Positions 20,709 to 33,579 of a stretch of DNA of 64,000 bases are shown piece after piece. A program made the position numbers and the translations under genes. Position 1 is the first letter of the stretch. Every line of letters begins with the position of its first letter. The stretch comes from Amoeboaphelidium occidentale (Eukaryota), in the NCBI GenBank assembly GCA_023515795.1, contig JALGPX010000063.1, positions 1 through 64,000 on the forward strand. Direction: 5' to 3'. The notes beneath the pieces are model-generated. The model was not told the DNA's origin. It made no database searches and saw nothing but the letters and a program-made list of their open reading frames with translations.

Positions 20709-21683
20709 TTAGTTCAGATCGTCAAAACTCTTATCAATGTATTTCAGCCATTTTCTGTGCTCATAGTCGTCTTCTTCATCACTTGATACTATAATTTTGC
20801 GCTTTGATGAGGAAGGCTGATAGTCTTCAGCAGTTTGCTTTCGCGGTCTCTTTTCATCCGACTTGTTATTGAGGTTGAGCCTAAAATAATTGTAATAATA
20901 TTCCCTGAGAGCGTCCTCGGATTTGCCCATCTGAGTTGCAAAATCTGTCCAGTCGATTTTACTGTCTTCTTCGTTAGCATACGTAGAATAGTAAATTTCT
21001 TCAAATTTCTTTTGATTTAGCTTTCCCTTCTTTGGCGAAGTACGTTTTTTCTTAGTCTTGGAGCCTTCTTTATTACTTGATGAGCCTGAATGATCGTCTG
21101 ATACGATTTCAATTACTTCGACCCGATTATCTTTTGTAGAGGTATCCGTTCCTGCCAATTTAAAGTATCTAGCCATTTTATCAATAATGTCTTGAGTAGC
21201 ATCTTTAAGTATCTCATGTTCTGCACGATCTTGGAGAGCTTCGTAACAAGCCATGCATTTATCCAAATAACTTTTGAGTTTCATAATATCATCCATTCTC
21301 ACGCTTATGTGGTCTTTAGGACTTGATTCTTTGTCGCTGGAGTGGTGGTTTGGACGTATGGGCTCTGGTGTAACTGATTGCTTCAATAGCAAAGCATTGC
21401 TTTCCTTGATATTATCATCAACTCTGTCCTTCTTAGAGACACCATCAAGTTTCGATGAGATATTATCCACCTTTCTCTCTATTGATCGAAGCATGTGTGC
21501 TAGTGTATCTATCTGAGTAAGTTTCCTCAAGTCCTTCTTTACATCAACGATCTGCTGATGTGATGGAGAATGATGATCTAAAGTTGTGACCATCCTGACC
21601 ATTCTTGTGACAAAGTCTTCAGGTGTGTTCCTACTTCTTTTGAAGTATTCCAGAGTATCAGGATCTGTTATTGAGATGTTCAT
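20709..21683 (-). CDS. Hypothetical nuclear protein with coiled-coils and a C-terminal Myb/SANT-like HTH
   Basis: IDWTDFATQMGKSEDALREYYYNY resembles a Myb-like helix-turn-helix; basic NLS-like tract; likely start MNISIT. Confidence 0.55.
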   Translation of the reverse strand: MNISITDPDTLEYFKRSRNTPEDFVTRMVRMVTTLDHHSPSHQQIVDVKKDLRKLTQIDTLAHMLRSIERKVDNISSKLDGVSKKDRVDDNIKESNALLLKQSVTPEPIRPNHHSSDKESSPKDHISVRMDDIMKLKSYLDKCMACYEALQDRAEHEILKDATQDIIDKMARYFKLAGTDTSTKDNRVEVIEIVSDDHSGSSSNKEGSKTKKKRTSPKKGKLNQKKFEEIYYSTYANEEDSKIDWTDFATQMGKSEDALREYYYNYFRLNLNNKSDEKRPRKQTAEDYQPSSSKRKIIVSSDEEDDYEHRKWLKYIDKSFDDLN

Positions 21684-21724
21684 TGAGTTGAAACGTTCTT
21701 TGCAAGATACAAATTTTCTCAAAG

Positions 21725-23983
21725 ATGTCTTCACTGATTTCCAACTTCTTTTCAAAGGTCATTTCTACTGCGACACTTCCGTACACTTTAAAAGAGAAAT
21801 TGTTTTCTAATGAGCACTTTACTGTTTCCTCTGGAGTGAAAAAGCAGGACGGTTCTTCCGTGAGTGTTGTGCAGGTTCAGGGCCAAGAAAGATTGAAGCA
21901 GAACTTGATTAAAAGACTCAAGTCTATGAGATATCATTACATTCTAAAGCATTTGGATACTGTGCAGCTAAGCGAAAATGAAGTCTATTTGGTTTGTGAG
22001 CCTTTTAAAGTTCTTCAATCTCAGCTCGATGGATTCAGCGGTGATGGTGAATTTGTGCTTTACGGAATATTTTGTGTGTGCGACGCATTAGCCTTCTTAA
22101 ATTCAAAAGGAATATTTTACTTGCGCACGGCTGATGATGGGATTGCGGTGACAGAAAGTCTGGACTGGAAATTGTTCTCGTTTGAGCTTACGATGGATTC
22201 AGCGACGGTTTCGAATGATTTTTCTATGAAGGAGGAGATTCTGGGCAGTTTAAGACGACTTCATTCTTCCCTTTCCACAGATGGAGACTTGGCTAAAGCT
22301 GATGCGTTCCTGTGTGGCCAGTGGATAAAGAATGTTCTGAGAGTTACGCGATGTGACAATGCTTTGAGTTCGCTTTCGCAGTTGGTAGATCGAACACTGC
22401 TTATACAGAATGCTTCAATGAGGTCAACCACTTCACAATTTCTCGGATCATTAAAGGAGTTGTTGGGTTCTAATCCTTACTTCCAAATCTCTAGCGTATT
22501 GAATGAATTGAGCATCAAGGAAGATCAAGAGAAGATTTTGTTCTTCAAAACATTACCTGGTCTGTTACCAAACTTACGGAAAGAATTTAAAAGGCACAAA
22601 GTTTTACCTGCATTGATAAATGCATTGGAATATGGTACTGCAGGATTCAAAGTTGTCTCAATTATTCTGAAGCTAGCACAAGAAGTTATATCTGAAGATG
22701 ATAAACACTCTAAAGAAGAGGTTGTGCGAATAATTCTGAAGATGTTTACAAATCAAGATAAATCAATAAGGCTTATGTTGCTGGAGAGTCTACCAATGTA
22801 TATACAGTTTCTGTCAAAAGATAATGTGAACGAATTGTTTGTTCCATATTCGGCTGGCTTCTCTGATCAAATACCCCAAATACGAGAAGCTTCACTTAGA
22901 GCAGTTCCTTTACTTGCTCCTCTAATAGGAGATCGTTTATTTAACCAGGATTTGTTGCGTCATCTGGCTAGATTGCATGCAGACCCTGAAGCGAGTATCA
23001 GGACAAATACAACGATTTGCTTGGCTAAAGTATCACAGCATATTCAAACAAGTCAGCGTGCAAAAGTTTTATTGACAGCATTCGGTAATGCATCAAGAGA
23101 CGGGTTTCCACCTGGGAGACAGGCAGCATTGAATGCCATAATTTCTACTATTGACTGTTACTGTCCATCCTATATTCTCGCAAATCAGAAATCAACCAGC
23201 ACTGAATCTAGTTCTACTATGTCTAGTTTGCTCAATAGCATCACAGGGTCAAAAGAAGGTGTTACTAATGGTGATGAACTTGTAAAAATTGCTGCAATCG
23301 CTGCCAGTCGTTGCATTGATGATGAAAATTCAGTCAGAGAATTGGCGTTTAAGTTGCTTGATATATGTACAGCGAGACTGAGGAAAGTTGCAGAGTTTTT
23401 AACTGCAGTTGAGAAAGAAAGAGCCTTTAAAGAAGCAGAGAAGAATGTTGGAAACATGTCGGTCAGCCAACCTTCTCCAAGCCCAAACATTTCCAGCAAG
23501 CCGATTTCGCCTCAGTCTTCTGTTTCCTACTCGGCACCAATTCAACCAACAGTTACTTCTCCACCAATGGCTTCTATAAAACCTGCAGTCAATAACAACG
23601 CGATTTCTGGATCTGGAAATGGTTGGGATGATGGATGGGATTCACTCGGGCAGAGTGATCAAAAAGCACCTGCATTTAATTTATCTACTACAACAAATGC
23701 TGCACAGAACACCAATAGCTTGAAGCTTTCCAGCGCAGCTCCTGTTAAGATCAACCAAGATTTGATAAATCAATTGGGTGGATGGGATGACTTTAATACA
23801 ACTCAACCAGCACCAGCACCAGCACAAACTCCAGCCACTTTCACAATAACAAGTAACGCATTCAATACGCAGAACGATAGTCAAAAGAACGATATAGAAA
23901 GAAAGAAGGAGGAGCGAAAAGCAAAAATTGAAGCGTTGAAACAACAACGCAGAATGAATCGAAACGAGGACAGTTTGATATGA
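21725..23983 (+). CDS. SCYL1: SCY1-like pseudokinase with HEAT repeats (Cex1/SCYL1)
   Basis: N-terminal kinase-like domain lacking catalytic motifs; IRTNTTICLAK; acidic Trp-containing tail (GWDDGW). Confidence 0.8.
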   Translation: MSSLISNFFSKVISTATLPYTLKEKLFSNEHFTVSSGVKKQDGSSVSVVQVQGQERLKQNLIKRLKSMRYHYILKHLDTVQLSENEVYLVCEPFKVLQSQLDGFSGDGEFVLYGIFCVCDALAFLNSKGIFYLRTADDGIAVTESLDWKLFSFELTMDSATVSNDFSMKEEILGSLRRLHSSLSTDGDLAKADAFLCGQWIKNVLRVTRCDNALSSLSQLVDRTLLIQNASMRSTTSQFLGSLKELLGSNPYFQISSVLNELSIKEDQEKILFFKTLPGLLPNLRKEFKRHKVLPALINALEYGTAGFKVVSIILKLAQEVISEDDKHSKEEVVRIILKMFTNQDKSIRLMLLESLPMYIQFLSKDNVNELFVPYSAGFSDQIPQIREASLRAVPLLAPLIGDRLFNQDLLRHLARLHADPEASIRTNTTICLAKVSQHIQTSQRAKVLLTAFGNASRDGFPPGRQAALNAIISTIDCYCPSYILANQKSTSTESSSTMSSLLNSITGSKEGVTNGDELVKIAAIAASRCIDDENSVRELAFKLLDICTARLRKVAEFLTAVEKERAFKEAEKNVGNMSVSQPSPSPNISSKPISPQSSVSYSAPIQPTVTSPPMASIKPAVNNNAISGSGNGWDDGWDSLGQSDQKAPAFNLSTTTNAAQNTNSLKLSSAAPVKINQDLINQLGGWDDFNTTQPAPAPAQTPATFTITSNAFNTQNDSQKNDIERKKEERKAKIEALKQQRRMNRNEDSLI

Positions 23984-24006
23984 TTTTCTTTCAAACACCT
24001 GAATAA

Positions 24007-25275
24007 ATGTTATCAAAAGATGAATTATTAATTATAAAAGTGGCACTTATTACAAGGCTCTGTACATTTGCATTGGGATTCTTGACGACTTTAATAGTGC
24101 CTGACTTTGATTATTCTGGTCGACTGAGTTTACATGAAACAGAAAACTATGGAGCGATTGACTCCGCTCTTAAGCATTTACTGATTATGTTCCTTCGGTG
24201 GGATGCGATTTACTTTCTGGATATTTCTCAAAACGGTTACAGCCTGGAACAGGAGCATGCATTCTTCCCGTTGCTTCCTCTGCTTGTCAAAGCCGTGGTT
24301 TCGATAATCCCGCCGTTTGCCTCTTCGAAGCTTATGCATTTATTAATTGGCGTGGTTATATCAAATACTTGCTTTGTTTTTGCTGCATTAACGCTCTACA
24401 GGCTCACATCTTTGGTATTGAATAACAAGACTTTGGCCCGAACAGCTGCGATTCTATTTTGCATTCAGCCTTGCGGAATTTTCATGTCTTCAATGTAAGT
24501 GTATCACAGAGCCCCTGCTAATTGGAAGGTATACGGAATCTTTATTTTCACTGTTGAGCTTTTCGGGTATGTTCATGTTTCATCGACGATCAGACTTCAT
24601 TGCTGCTTTACTTTTTGGCGCGTCTTCATTAGCAAGATCTAATGGTATCATATATGCAGGCTTCTTTTGGTATCCAGTTCTTGTTGATATCATTAACGGC
24701 AATACCAGAGGCTGCTACATTCTCTCAAAAATCTTCAAGGCCCTGATACTTTCTTTAATATCAGTCTCGGGATACTTTTTGTTTCAACTCTACGGTTACT
24801 ATTCTTTCTGTTCTTTAGAGCATGATATTCCGAGGCCTTGGTGCGAGAGCCGATTTCCGATGGTCTACTCTTTCGTGCAAGCACATTATTGGTATGCGAT
24901 TGTTTCCGGTAATTAATCTGTAGGAATAATGGCTTTTTAAAATACTATGAGTTGAAGCAAATCCCAATGTTCTTATTGGCAGCTCCAATGATTGTACTTT
25001 CATTTTATGCTCTTAAAGATGGATACCGATCGATACCCGTTCAGAATCATCAATTTCCTTATTTAATCTATACAACATTCTTACTGATCTATGCTGTTCT
25101 GTTTATGCATATTCAAGTTATAACCCGATTCTTTTCCTCTGTGCCTTTGATATTCTGTTACGGGGCAAAGATTGTTATCAAAGGAGGAACTTCTTCAGCG
25201 ATTCTCTTAAATTACTTCTTGTGGTATAACTTGATCAACACAATGCTATTCTCTGCATTCTATCCTCCAGCTTGA
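24007..25275 (+). CDS. GPI18: GPI mannosyltransferase II; 3 exons
   Basis: RWDAIYF, EQEHAFFPLLP, MYTES, RSNG, YSFVQAHYWNNGFLKYY; introns 24495-24528 and 24892-24923. Confidence 0.9.
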
Positions 25276-25436
25276 TTACAAATTTAGCTTTTGCGAGGTT
25301 GAAATTGAAACCGCGATCTTGCTCCAAACAACCTTGGAAGCCCCACAGTTCTACGTGATCATATCGATGAGGCTATCGCACATAAATACGTGTCAATTTC
25401 ATATTTTCCGCCCGTTAAATAATTACTCCGATTGAA

Positions 25437-26321
25437 ATGAAGGGCTTCTTTCCTAGTCCTGTCCTCTTGACAAGACCATCATCGTTGCTCAGTTTGGTTC
25501 CGATGCCACAAGGGAAGAATGCTCTGGAAAAGGTTTCAGCAAGATTCTATGCAAAGCCCACAAGATCAGTTCGTCAAGCAGCCCTGCCTTCAATATCAAT
25601 GAACTTTCCGAAAGATCGCGCTGAACCTGATGCTTTGATCCCTTACTACAAACCTCTCCCTATACGTCCGGAATTTGAAAGCGACAGAGATCAACTCTCT
25701 TTGAATGATTTGAAAGCTATCGCTATACAGACGGAGTTTCATCACACGCCTGCCACGACTTCTGATAAGTTTGCCTTCAACTTGGTTAAACTGTTACGCA
25801 AACCATCAGATCTATTCTTCTCCCACCGCTACATACACAGAGCACTTTTGCTTGAGACCGTTGCAGCTATCCCCGGTCAAGTTGCCGCTCTGTTGAAACA
25901 CTTGAAACAACTCCGTAATCTGGATGAGAAAGATGATCCGATCATTCAGCATTTGGTGCATGAAGCAGAGAATGAAAGGATGCATTTGGTTTGTTTCAGA
26001 GAGCTTGCTGCTCCAACTTTAATGGACAGACTCGTTGTCTCTTCTGTTCAATTGATATTTTTCAACTCCTATTTCTTTTTGTACCTCTTTGCACCGAAAG
26101 TAGCTCATCGAATGGTTGGATACCTTGAAGAGGAGGCGATTATCAGTTACACGCGATTTATCAATGAAATACAGGAGGGAAACATTCAAAATGTTCCAGC
26201 GCCAAAGATGGCTATTGAATATTGGAACTTGAAACACGATGCAAAGTTGCTTGAAGTTGTGTATGCTGTTCGTGCCGACGAAGCGAAACACAGAGATGTT
26301 AACCATCACTTGGCTCAATGA
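25437..26321 (+). CDS. AOX: Mitochondrial alternative oxidase
   Basis: LETVAAIPG, EAENERMHL, HRMVGYLEEEA, RADEAKHRDVNH di-iron motifs. Confidence 0.95.
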   Translation: MKGFFPSPVLLTRPSSLLSLVPMPQGKNALEKVSARFYAKPTRSVRQAALPSISMNFPKDRAEPDALIPYYKPLPIRPEFESDRDQLSLNDLKAIAIQTEFHHTPATTSDKFAFNLVKLLRKPSDLFFSHRYIHRALLLETVAAIPGQVAALLKHLKQLRNLDEKDDPIIQHLVHEAENERMHLVCFRELAAPTLMDRLVVSSVQLIFFNSYFFLYLFAPKVAHRMVGYLEEEAIISYTRFINEIQEGNIQNVPAPKMAIEYWNLKHDAKLLEVVYAVRADEAKHRDVNHHLAQ

Positions 26322-26356
26322 AATACAAATAAATGAATATTTTTATTGAACTTTAG

Positions 26357-26818
26357 TTATTCATCATCTTCATTTTCACGATCGCCGTTATCATTCTCTT
26401 GATAATCAGCCATGTCGTCAACACTTGAAACAGGCTCGTAATAGATGTTCAAGCGACGAACTTGCTCCTTAGAGAATGACGTGTCAATTTTGATAATAGG
26501 AATGTCTTTAAAAGAGTCGAGCATGTGAATCCAGGCAGGAGCTTGAGCAAGATTTTGGATCAACAGAATAAAGATCGGGATGATGAAACCATGCTGGTCA
26601 TAAGTACCACACATCATGTGAAATCTCAACAGAGAATGTAAACTCGGAGTGTCGAGAATATAATTCTCAAATTGCCTGCGCGTTTCCTTCAATGTTTCAT
26701 CAACATAGGAGCAAGGTAGTGGGATCAATCGAACCAAACTCAAGTCAGGGACTCTCATAATTTGACTGTTCCCGTTTAGGAGAGGAACACGTGCCGTAGG
26801 GCTATCATCCAAGTTCAT
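26357..26818 (-). CDS. Hypothetical protein
   Basis: ORF filling the intergenic gap; acidic tail; no recognised motif. Confidence 0.4.
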   Translation of the reverse strand: MNLDDSPTARVPLLNGNSQIMRVPDLSLVRLIPLPCSYVDETLKETRRQFENYILDTPSLHSLLRFHMMCGTYDQHGFIIPIFILLIQNLAQAPAWIHMLDSFKDIPIIKIDTSFSKEQVRRLNIYYEPVSSVDDMADYQENDNGDRENEDDE

Positions 26819-26929
26819 TTTGTTTATTAGTAAAAATGATATCATCAAACAACTCATACTGTGACTCAATTGCCACGTAACAATGCTGAATTGTTTGATC
26901 TTGTGACTAGGTTTACTCAAAAATAGAAA

Positions 26930-29900
26930 TTAACTGCCAAGTGCGTTATCAGGAAGATTGACAGCACTCATTGCGCCCGTAATATCTTCTACGTCGTGGT
27001 CCCAAAGAAATACTTCTAAAGTTTGACCAATAGATTCAACTGTGATCGGTTTCGACAGAATATCATCGAAACAAGCCATATTCTCATTGGAGGAAACATC
27101 ATTAAAATCAATATCATTAGCAGTAACACCGATTATAGGGGTGTTTCGGTTGATATTGTCAACGCTCTTTATCATTCTTGCAGCAGTGAAACCAGAGATG
27201 ATAGGCATTTGAACATCCATGAAAATAATATCAAATCTAACTTGCCCCATCGCGCACCTTATAGCCTCCGCTCCATTTTTAACCAAAACACACTGACATT
27301 TGAATTTTCTTGTAAGAATATGACACAACACTCTGGATGCTAATGGATTATCATCTGCGACAAGCGCCGAGTACTCCTCATCTAAATGCAAATCATCAGG
27401 CGTCATTTCAGCAACACTCGGCTTTCTGGTTATTTGTGGTGAATCATACTTTGATATAATTTCCTCGTTTTCATGATAGTATTCGTCTGGAAGTATTCTT
27501 AGTCTCGTATTATCAGACAGGTTGTTAAGATTTGCTTTACCAGAAGAATGTTGCTCTTCTTGATCAATACTGGACGATGAACCATCTTGTCGTAGCTGAG
27601 ATTCTGCATCTGAATGGTTCCTCATGAATATGCCACTAGACTTCATAAATGCAGGACTTGGAAGGGAATTGCGTCGTTCATCACCAAAGTGTCCAGGAGG
27701 CATTTGATATAGTGGAATCGATGGGTAATCTTGTGATGTTTGAGATCTTCCAATTGTAAATAGTTCCAGCTCCTTCGATATCGGTGAAGTCATTCTACTT
27801 CTTGGGGCAGGTGGAACACTGCGATGTCTTGTTTTAGAGCCTGGCCCAGAGAAACTCTCGCTTGATGCATTGGTCATAGAATCCCGGCTAACGTTTGAGC
27901 TACTCGGAAACACGGGGATTCCTTCGGATTTCAACTTTCGCACAACATCGTTATTAGCCTTTTCCAACATCGCTAAATTCTTGTACGCAAAAGAACCAAA
28001 GTCTGTTTGAGTGCTTTGGCATGTGTCTACGGCAAGAGAGTCATTATCTGACGCTGATGGAAGATGAGATTTGCTATTTCGAGCCGAATTAGTACGGCTT
28101 CTTTGCGTTGAAAGTGAATTCTCAGATGATTGAAGATCTTCATCATTCATAAAACCTGCAGCATTTTGGTCCCTTGACAAAGTAGAATGAGGAGTATCAT
28201 TCTTAAACTCAATGTTACTATCAATGTTACTAGGCCCTGATAATTCTAATCCTCGGCTATCAAAATATTTGGTGTCGTCAACTTTCTCGGTATGAGGAAT
28301 AAAAGAGGCATCTTCGTACGGCAATGTCTCCCAATTGATGTTCTCAAACCATGGATGGCGCTTAACGTCTTCAGCACCGCCTCCACCGCAGCCAAGTCGC
28401 TCACCTATTTCAACTGTAAGTAATCTTTCAATAATATCCCTCGCAAAAACCGACAAAGGAATATCCTCGTAAAATTCCAAATTGTGGGCTAGTATGTTTT
28501 CGAATACATGCATTGGTGTTTCTGCGTGGAATGGAGGAAACCCATGAAGAAACTCGTATACAATAACTCCAAGAGACCACTAAAGAGATAAAAAAGAACG
28601 CTAAACACTTACCCAGTCAACAGAATAATCTTGAGCTATTCCAAGTATGCTTTCAGGAGCTAGATAGTCAGGGGTCCCAACAAAGTCGCTAGGCCCGCTT
28701 TCCTCTATGGCTTTTGATCCGAGTATTGAATTTTTGCTATCATTCCCAAGCAAGGATGAAGAAATAGAGACAACTGAACTTTTCCTACTAAGAGGACCAA
28801 TTACAGGAGATCTGTAATCCTCCCCAAGTAAAGATTGTGCTAAGTTAGCCGAGGGTGAATTGGTTACATTTCCATACAGCAGTGGAGCAATACCAGAAGA
28901 AGATTTCAGAGAGTTCATTTTCCCCTTCAAACTGGATGAAGAAGATTGTGTTGCAAGAGTAGCACCTGGCGACGGCGACGGCGGGCCAAAATCGATTGGT
29001 TCAATGAAGTTTGCTAGAGGAGACCCTCCTAAACTCTGAGCATTTGTCTTTCCTGGCTGTAAGCTGTTGATATTATCTTTCGTAGTATTACGGGCAGAAA
29101 ATTTTGGCTTGTTTCGAACATCCTGCGTTCTTGCTCTTCTTCCGAGAAATCCAACTCTTGACAATCCAAAGTCAGTCAATTTAATGTGACCTTTCTTGTC
29201 TATCAGTAAATTGTCCGGCTTCAAGTCGCGATGAGTAATTCCTCGAGAATGGAGATACTCCAACGCAAGAACAACTTCTGCAACGTACTGCCTTGCCCAA
29301 TCTTCATCCAAGCTGCCAATAGATTTTAAGAGCGCACTGCAGTCACCTCCGTTCAAGTATTCCATGACCAAGTACAGATATTCTCTACTTTGGAATGAAA
29401 AGAACAGTTTTACCACAAATGGCGAATCTATCAGCCCAAGAATTAGTTGTTCTGCCTTTACATTCATGACTTGATTTTTGTTGACCATATCTGTTTTCCG
29501 CAGCACTTTTATGGCATAGTAATCGCCAGTTAGCTTTTTCTTTGCCAAATAGACAGACCCAAAAGCCCCTTTGGAAATCGGCTTGAGTATTTCGAAATCT
29601 TTTATGGACGGCGCCGTTCTACTCAAAGAGATAGATGCTCCAGAAGCTTGAGACGATATACTTGTAGCGCGTTGTCTAGCAAAATCTTGATTCCCAACAC
29701 TTAGAAGTTTAGAATTCATATTAAAAACAGAAGGAGAGCTTAAAGGTGTAGGTATTGTCTCGATTTCCATTGTTTTCAGAAATTTTGCGGATGATACAGT
29801 CTTATTTGGAAGCGTTTTGAACAGGTTTGTATCGATTTGCAAAGGCTTGGTTGGATCAATGTTTAAAGATTTATCCAAATCGAATTCTTCTTGTAGTGTC

Positions 29901-32900
29901 TCTTCAAACTCTGGCAATAACTTTGACATTTTGATGAAATTGTTCAGCTTCTCACGTATAAGATGCTGTATTGTAACAGTAACTGGAACAAGGGAGGCAT
30001 CTGGTAGAGACTCCTCAGCAGGACATTGCCAGACTTGGAGCTGATCAAGAATATTTCTGGACATTTCATCCTGTTCTTCATTAGGAGATTTCAAAGCAGC
30101 AGCCAGTTCGACGCCCTCCAACAAATACAACAGCAAATCTCTAGTTTTGATCAACCGTTCAGTCTGCTCATTTTGATCATCCGTAGATATCGGAGCGCTC
30201 TGAGTCTTTTCGATATCTTCAGATAAAGTCTCAAGCTTTTGCTCGATCGCTGTTTGCAATTCCTTTAATTCGTCATCGCAGTTACGAATGTCCATATCTG
30301 ATCTGTGGATGGAAGCACAAATATCTGAATGAATCTCGAATTTCAGCGGCAGAATCATTCTTTCGCATATTCTACACAAAACCGGTTGAGTGCTATCAGC
30401 TGCTGTCGAAGGAGGTATCAGTGGAGAGGACTGTAAAGTATTATCCGCAGGAGTCATAACTACCGGCCTTGTCACCCACATAGAATGCGATAACGTATTA
30501 CCGGAAAAAACAGGAATACCTTTTCCCTCCATTGAGATAATCGATCCATCTGGTCTTACACAACGGTAATGTATTTCGACGGAATTATTTGGTTCCGAAA
30601 CAATTCGTCTGTTTGCTTCCTCCCAAACCTCCAAATCTCTGCTATCGACAACAAGAGAACCATTGGTTCCCACTAGAGCATTTGGTTCGTACCCAAATAC
30701 AGCGATACATGCAGGAGATATGTAACGAATAATCCCATCAAGACCCCATTCCATCAATACATTCTCATTTTGACCCGGTGAAACTTGCTGCTTCCATTCG
30801 GTTCTCGAAGACCCGTCAAGATTCTTGATAGACTTTGAGCTTTCAAGCGGAACTGTACTGACTCCTTTAACACTTTTTAAGTCTTCTCTCAATGATAGCT
30901 CGTCTGGAATTCCAGTTGCTGTGGTCAAATCTTCATCTGAATCTCTAGTTTGCTCGTCTAAAAGGCCAACGCTCCATTGCAGGTTTGATGAAGATTTGCT
31001 AAGTGCCTTTTTGCTGCTTAGTGATTTAACAATCTTTGGTGCCGTAGGCTTCTTTGGCGCTATTGATTTTTGTTTGTGATAATCTTTAGCATCAAACTCT
31101 AGAAACTCTACAAGTCTTGCTATGTTGCTGAAGCTGAGCAAAATCTTGGCAATATAAATACTCAAATCAAAACTAATTGTGTTTCGGTTTTTCTTTGAGG
31201 ATTTAGGACTGTATGCTTCCTTCTGCACTTTCTGAAGCTTTGAAACAATGTTGATGCAGACCTGTCTATCCATTAAATGAGTCAAATCTAAATCAGATAT
31301 TTCTTGGCATATTTGTAGAAGGTTCTCCAGTTGGCTTTTTACCGTTGTGATATTCTCCTCTTTCTTATTATTCTTTATGTAATTCGCAAAACTTTCGTTT
31401 AAACTCAGCAGAATGGATTCGATTTCTTCGTCACAATACGCTTTGGCCCCCTTCAGTTCGTTGCGAAGCTCTGAAAATCCTTTTAGGTATTCTGATAAAT
31501 CTCCATCTGATAAAGACCGGACGGCGGGAGCGTTTCCACTATCAATACTGTCGTTGTTAATACTTGCCGAAACACTGCTCCCAGATAAAGGACTGACAAG
31601 ATGCTTTCCAATGGGAGACCCTGACTTTGAAGTTGACACAAACAGACTTGGCTTATGAGAAAGCCTTTTCCGTGGGCTAGTACTATCACCGCTAGTCGCA
31701 CCAGCATCCACTTCAATAAACTCGGCAGAAGTTGATACTGAATGCCTTCGCCTTTGATTTTGGGCTGGTAATGCTAAATCCAAAGCAGATGTTCGAGAAT
31801 ATTCTGCCAGTTGCTGTTTCTGCAGATCTTTTGCAGTGACGGACCGTTTCATTGACCAGGATTGTCTGCTTTTAGTAGGAACTGCTACAGCAGAAGGGCT
31901 GGTTGATGCTTGTGACACGTTTTGTGATGAAGGAGATCCAATACTAGTTGGTGTGCTTGTAACAGAAACATTATTTGAAGACGGTACAGGCGATGATGAA
32001 TGTGATCTGTTTCTTGATTTCTTTAATCCAGAGAATATCTTTGGTTTAAACAATCTAAAAACAGGTGGCGTTTTCTCATTCTTGGAGACATGCTCTTCGT
32101 GCAAGCTCAAAGTAGTTTGACTGTCACTGTTATTCCCGTCAGAAACTGAAGAGTTGTCATTTACATCTTCAGTGCTGACATTCATTCTCAACTTGCTTCC
32201 TTGGCCAACTTCATGCGAATTACTAATTCTTCTAGAAATAGCTCCCTCCGAAAATGATGCTTTCCGCGTGGATGATTCTGATCCACTAGACACTGGTGTT
32301 TCAGTTACAGCACCTGCAGAATGATTAGCATGCAAAACATCACGCGATGCTATTTCATTCAAAGTCGATAGGGCATCGCCATCCGTGCTACTTCTACTTA
32401 GTCGTCTGGAAGAATAGCTTGATCTCCTCTGAACAGAAATTGGAATAGATCGAACTCTGCCATCAAGAGACACTGAACTGTATGATTCGTCTGTAATTGT
32501 AGAAGATATAGAGTCAGACTTTTGCCTTGTAGGAGATATTTTAGATCCAGATGGTGAAGTGAAGTGTGTTTTAGTTCCCGTAGACTTCGGTCCCTCTTCC
32601 GTTCCTTCGTCCATACTCGAAGAATGTTGCCGAGCTAACGACCTACTCGCAGTAATGCTCTTATCAGAATTGGAAAGTACTGATACTTGGCTTTTGTTCT
32701 CAGACGAAGCATCACTCATTTCATCAGCGGATTTCTTTAGTCGAACGGTTCGCTGAGCAGCAGACGATACATTCTTTAACGACCTTGAATTAAGTAAACT
32801 AGTTCCACTTTTACTCTTCCGCAGAACTTCCGTGGAATCTTTCCTCATAGTTTTTGCATTCAAAGATGAGCTATCAGATCCAGCAGAAGCAAGATCTTTG

Positions 32901-33151
32901 TCCCCATCAATTTCCGCTTTAGAACCCTGAGCGCTTGAGTCTGACGAATAATCGGTTACATTCCTTGTGATTCCTGCCTTGTGATGTTCATCGGCATGCT
33001 CCAACGGTACTGCGTATTCCAGGGGCTTGTCTTTAGTGTATGGCTCAGACATGGTGCGATGAACTGATCCAGCTCCTCTTAATCGTGCTCCCAAGCGCCT
33101 CTTAGTTGGAGTCTCCTCATCTAAATTCTCATGGTCTCCTTCGTGTTCCAT
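26930..33151 (-). CDS. RIM15: Rim15/Cek1 (Greatwall-like) kinase with PAS, AGC kinase with insert, and REC domain
   Basis: [39 protein letters not shown]; intron 28580-28612 gives DWWSLG; C-terminal receiver FDIIFMD. Confidence 0.9.
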
Positions 33152-33579
33152 TTGTAAGTTTTGAAGTTGAACTTGTTGGAATCAATTTTGACAACCGCTC
33201 AGGACTAAGCCACCACAAATGCTGTTGTTTCAACTCGCTAAGGAAAAGAAAATCAAAAAAGCAAACATGTTTCTATGATTTAGCAGGTACAAATGAGACA
33301 TCTCCGTTTTTGGAAGGATTTATTGAAATTGCAAGTTATGTCGGGAGTTATAAGAGCTGTTTCAAGAGCGCTAACTAACGCGAGAGCTCAAGAACTACGA
33401 AGATTCTAGAATATGGCTAACAGCGTAATAATCAATGAAATATTTAGCGTTCCGTTCTAGATTCTACATCTGTATCGTTTGTTTGCAATTTCGATGATAA
33501 GAGGTTCAGGTGGAGGCCTGACTATAAATAACTTGGCGGCATCAGTGATTGCAACAGATACAAATGTTTTGAGATACTG

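Noticed and set aside
21684..21755. Coding overlap between the 20709-21755 ORF and SCYL1
   Set aside because: The listed start is a TTG; the first ATG at 21683 removes the overlap
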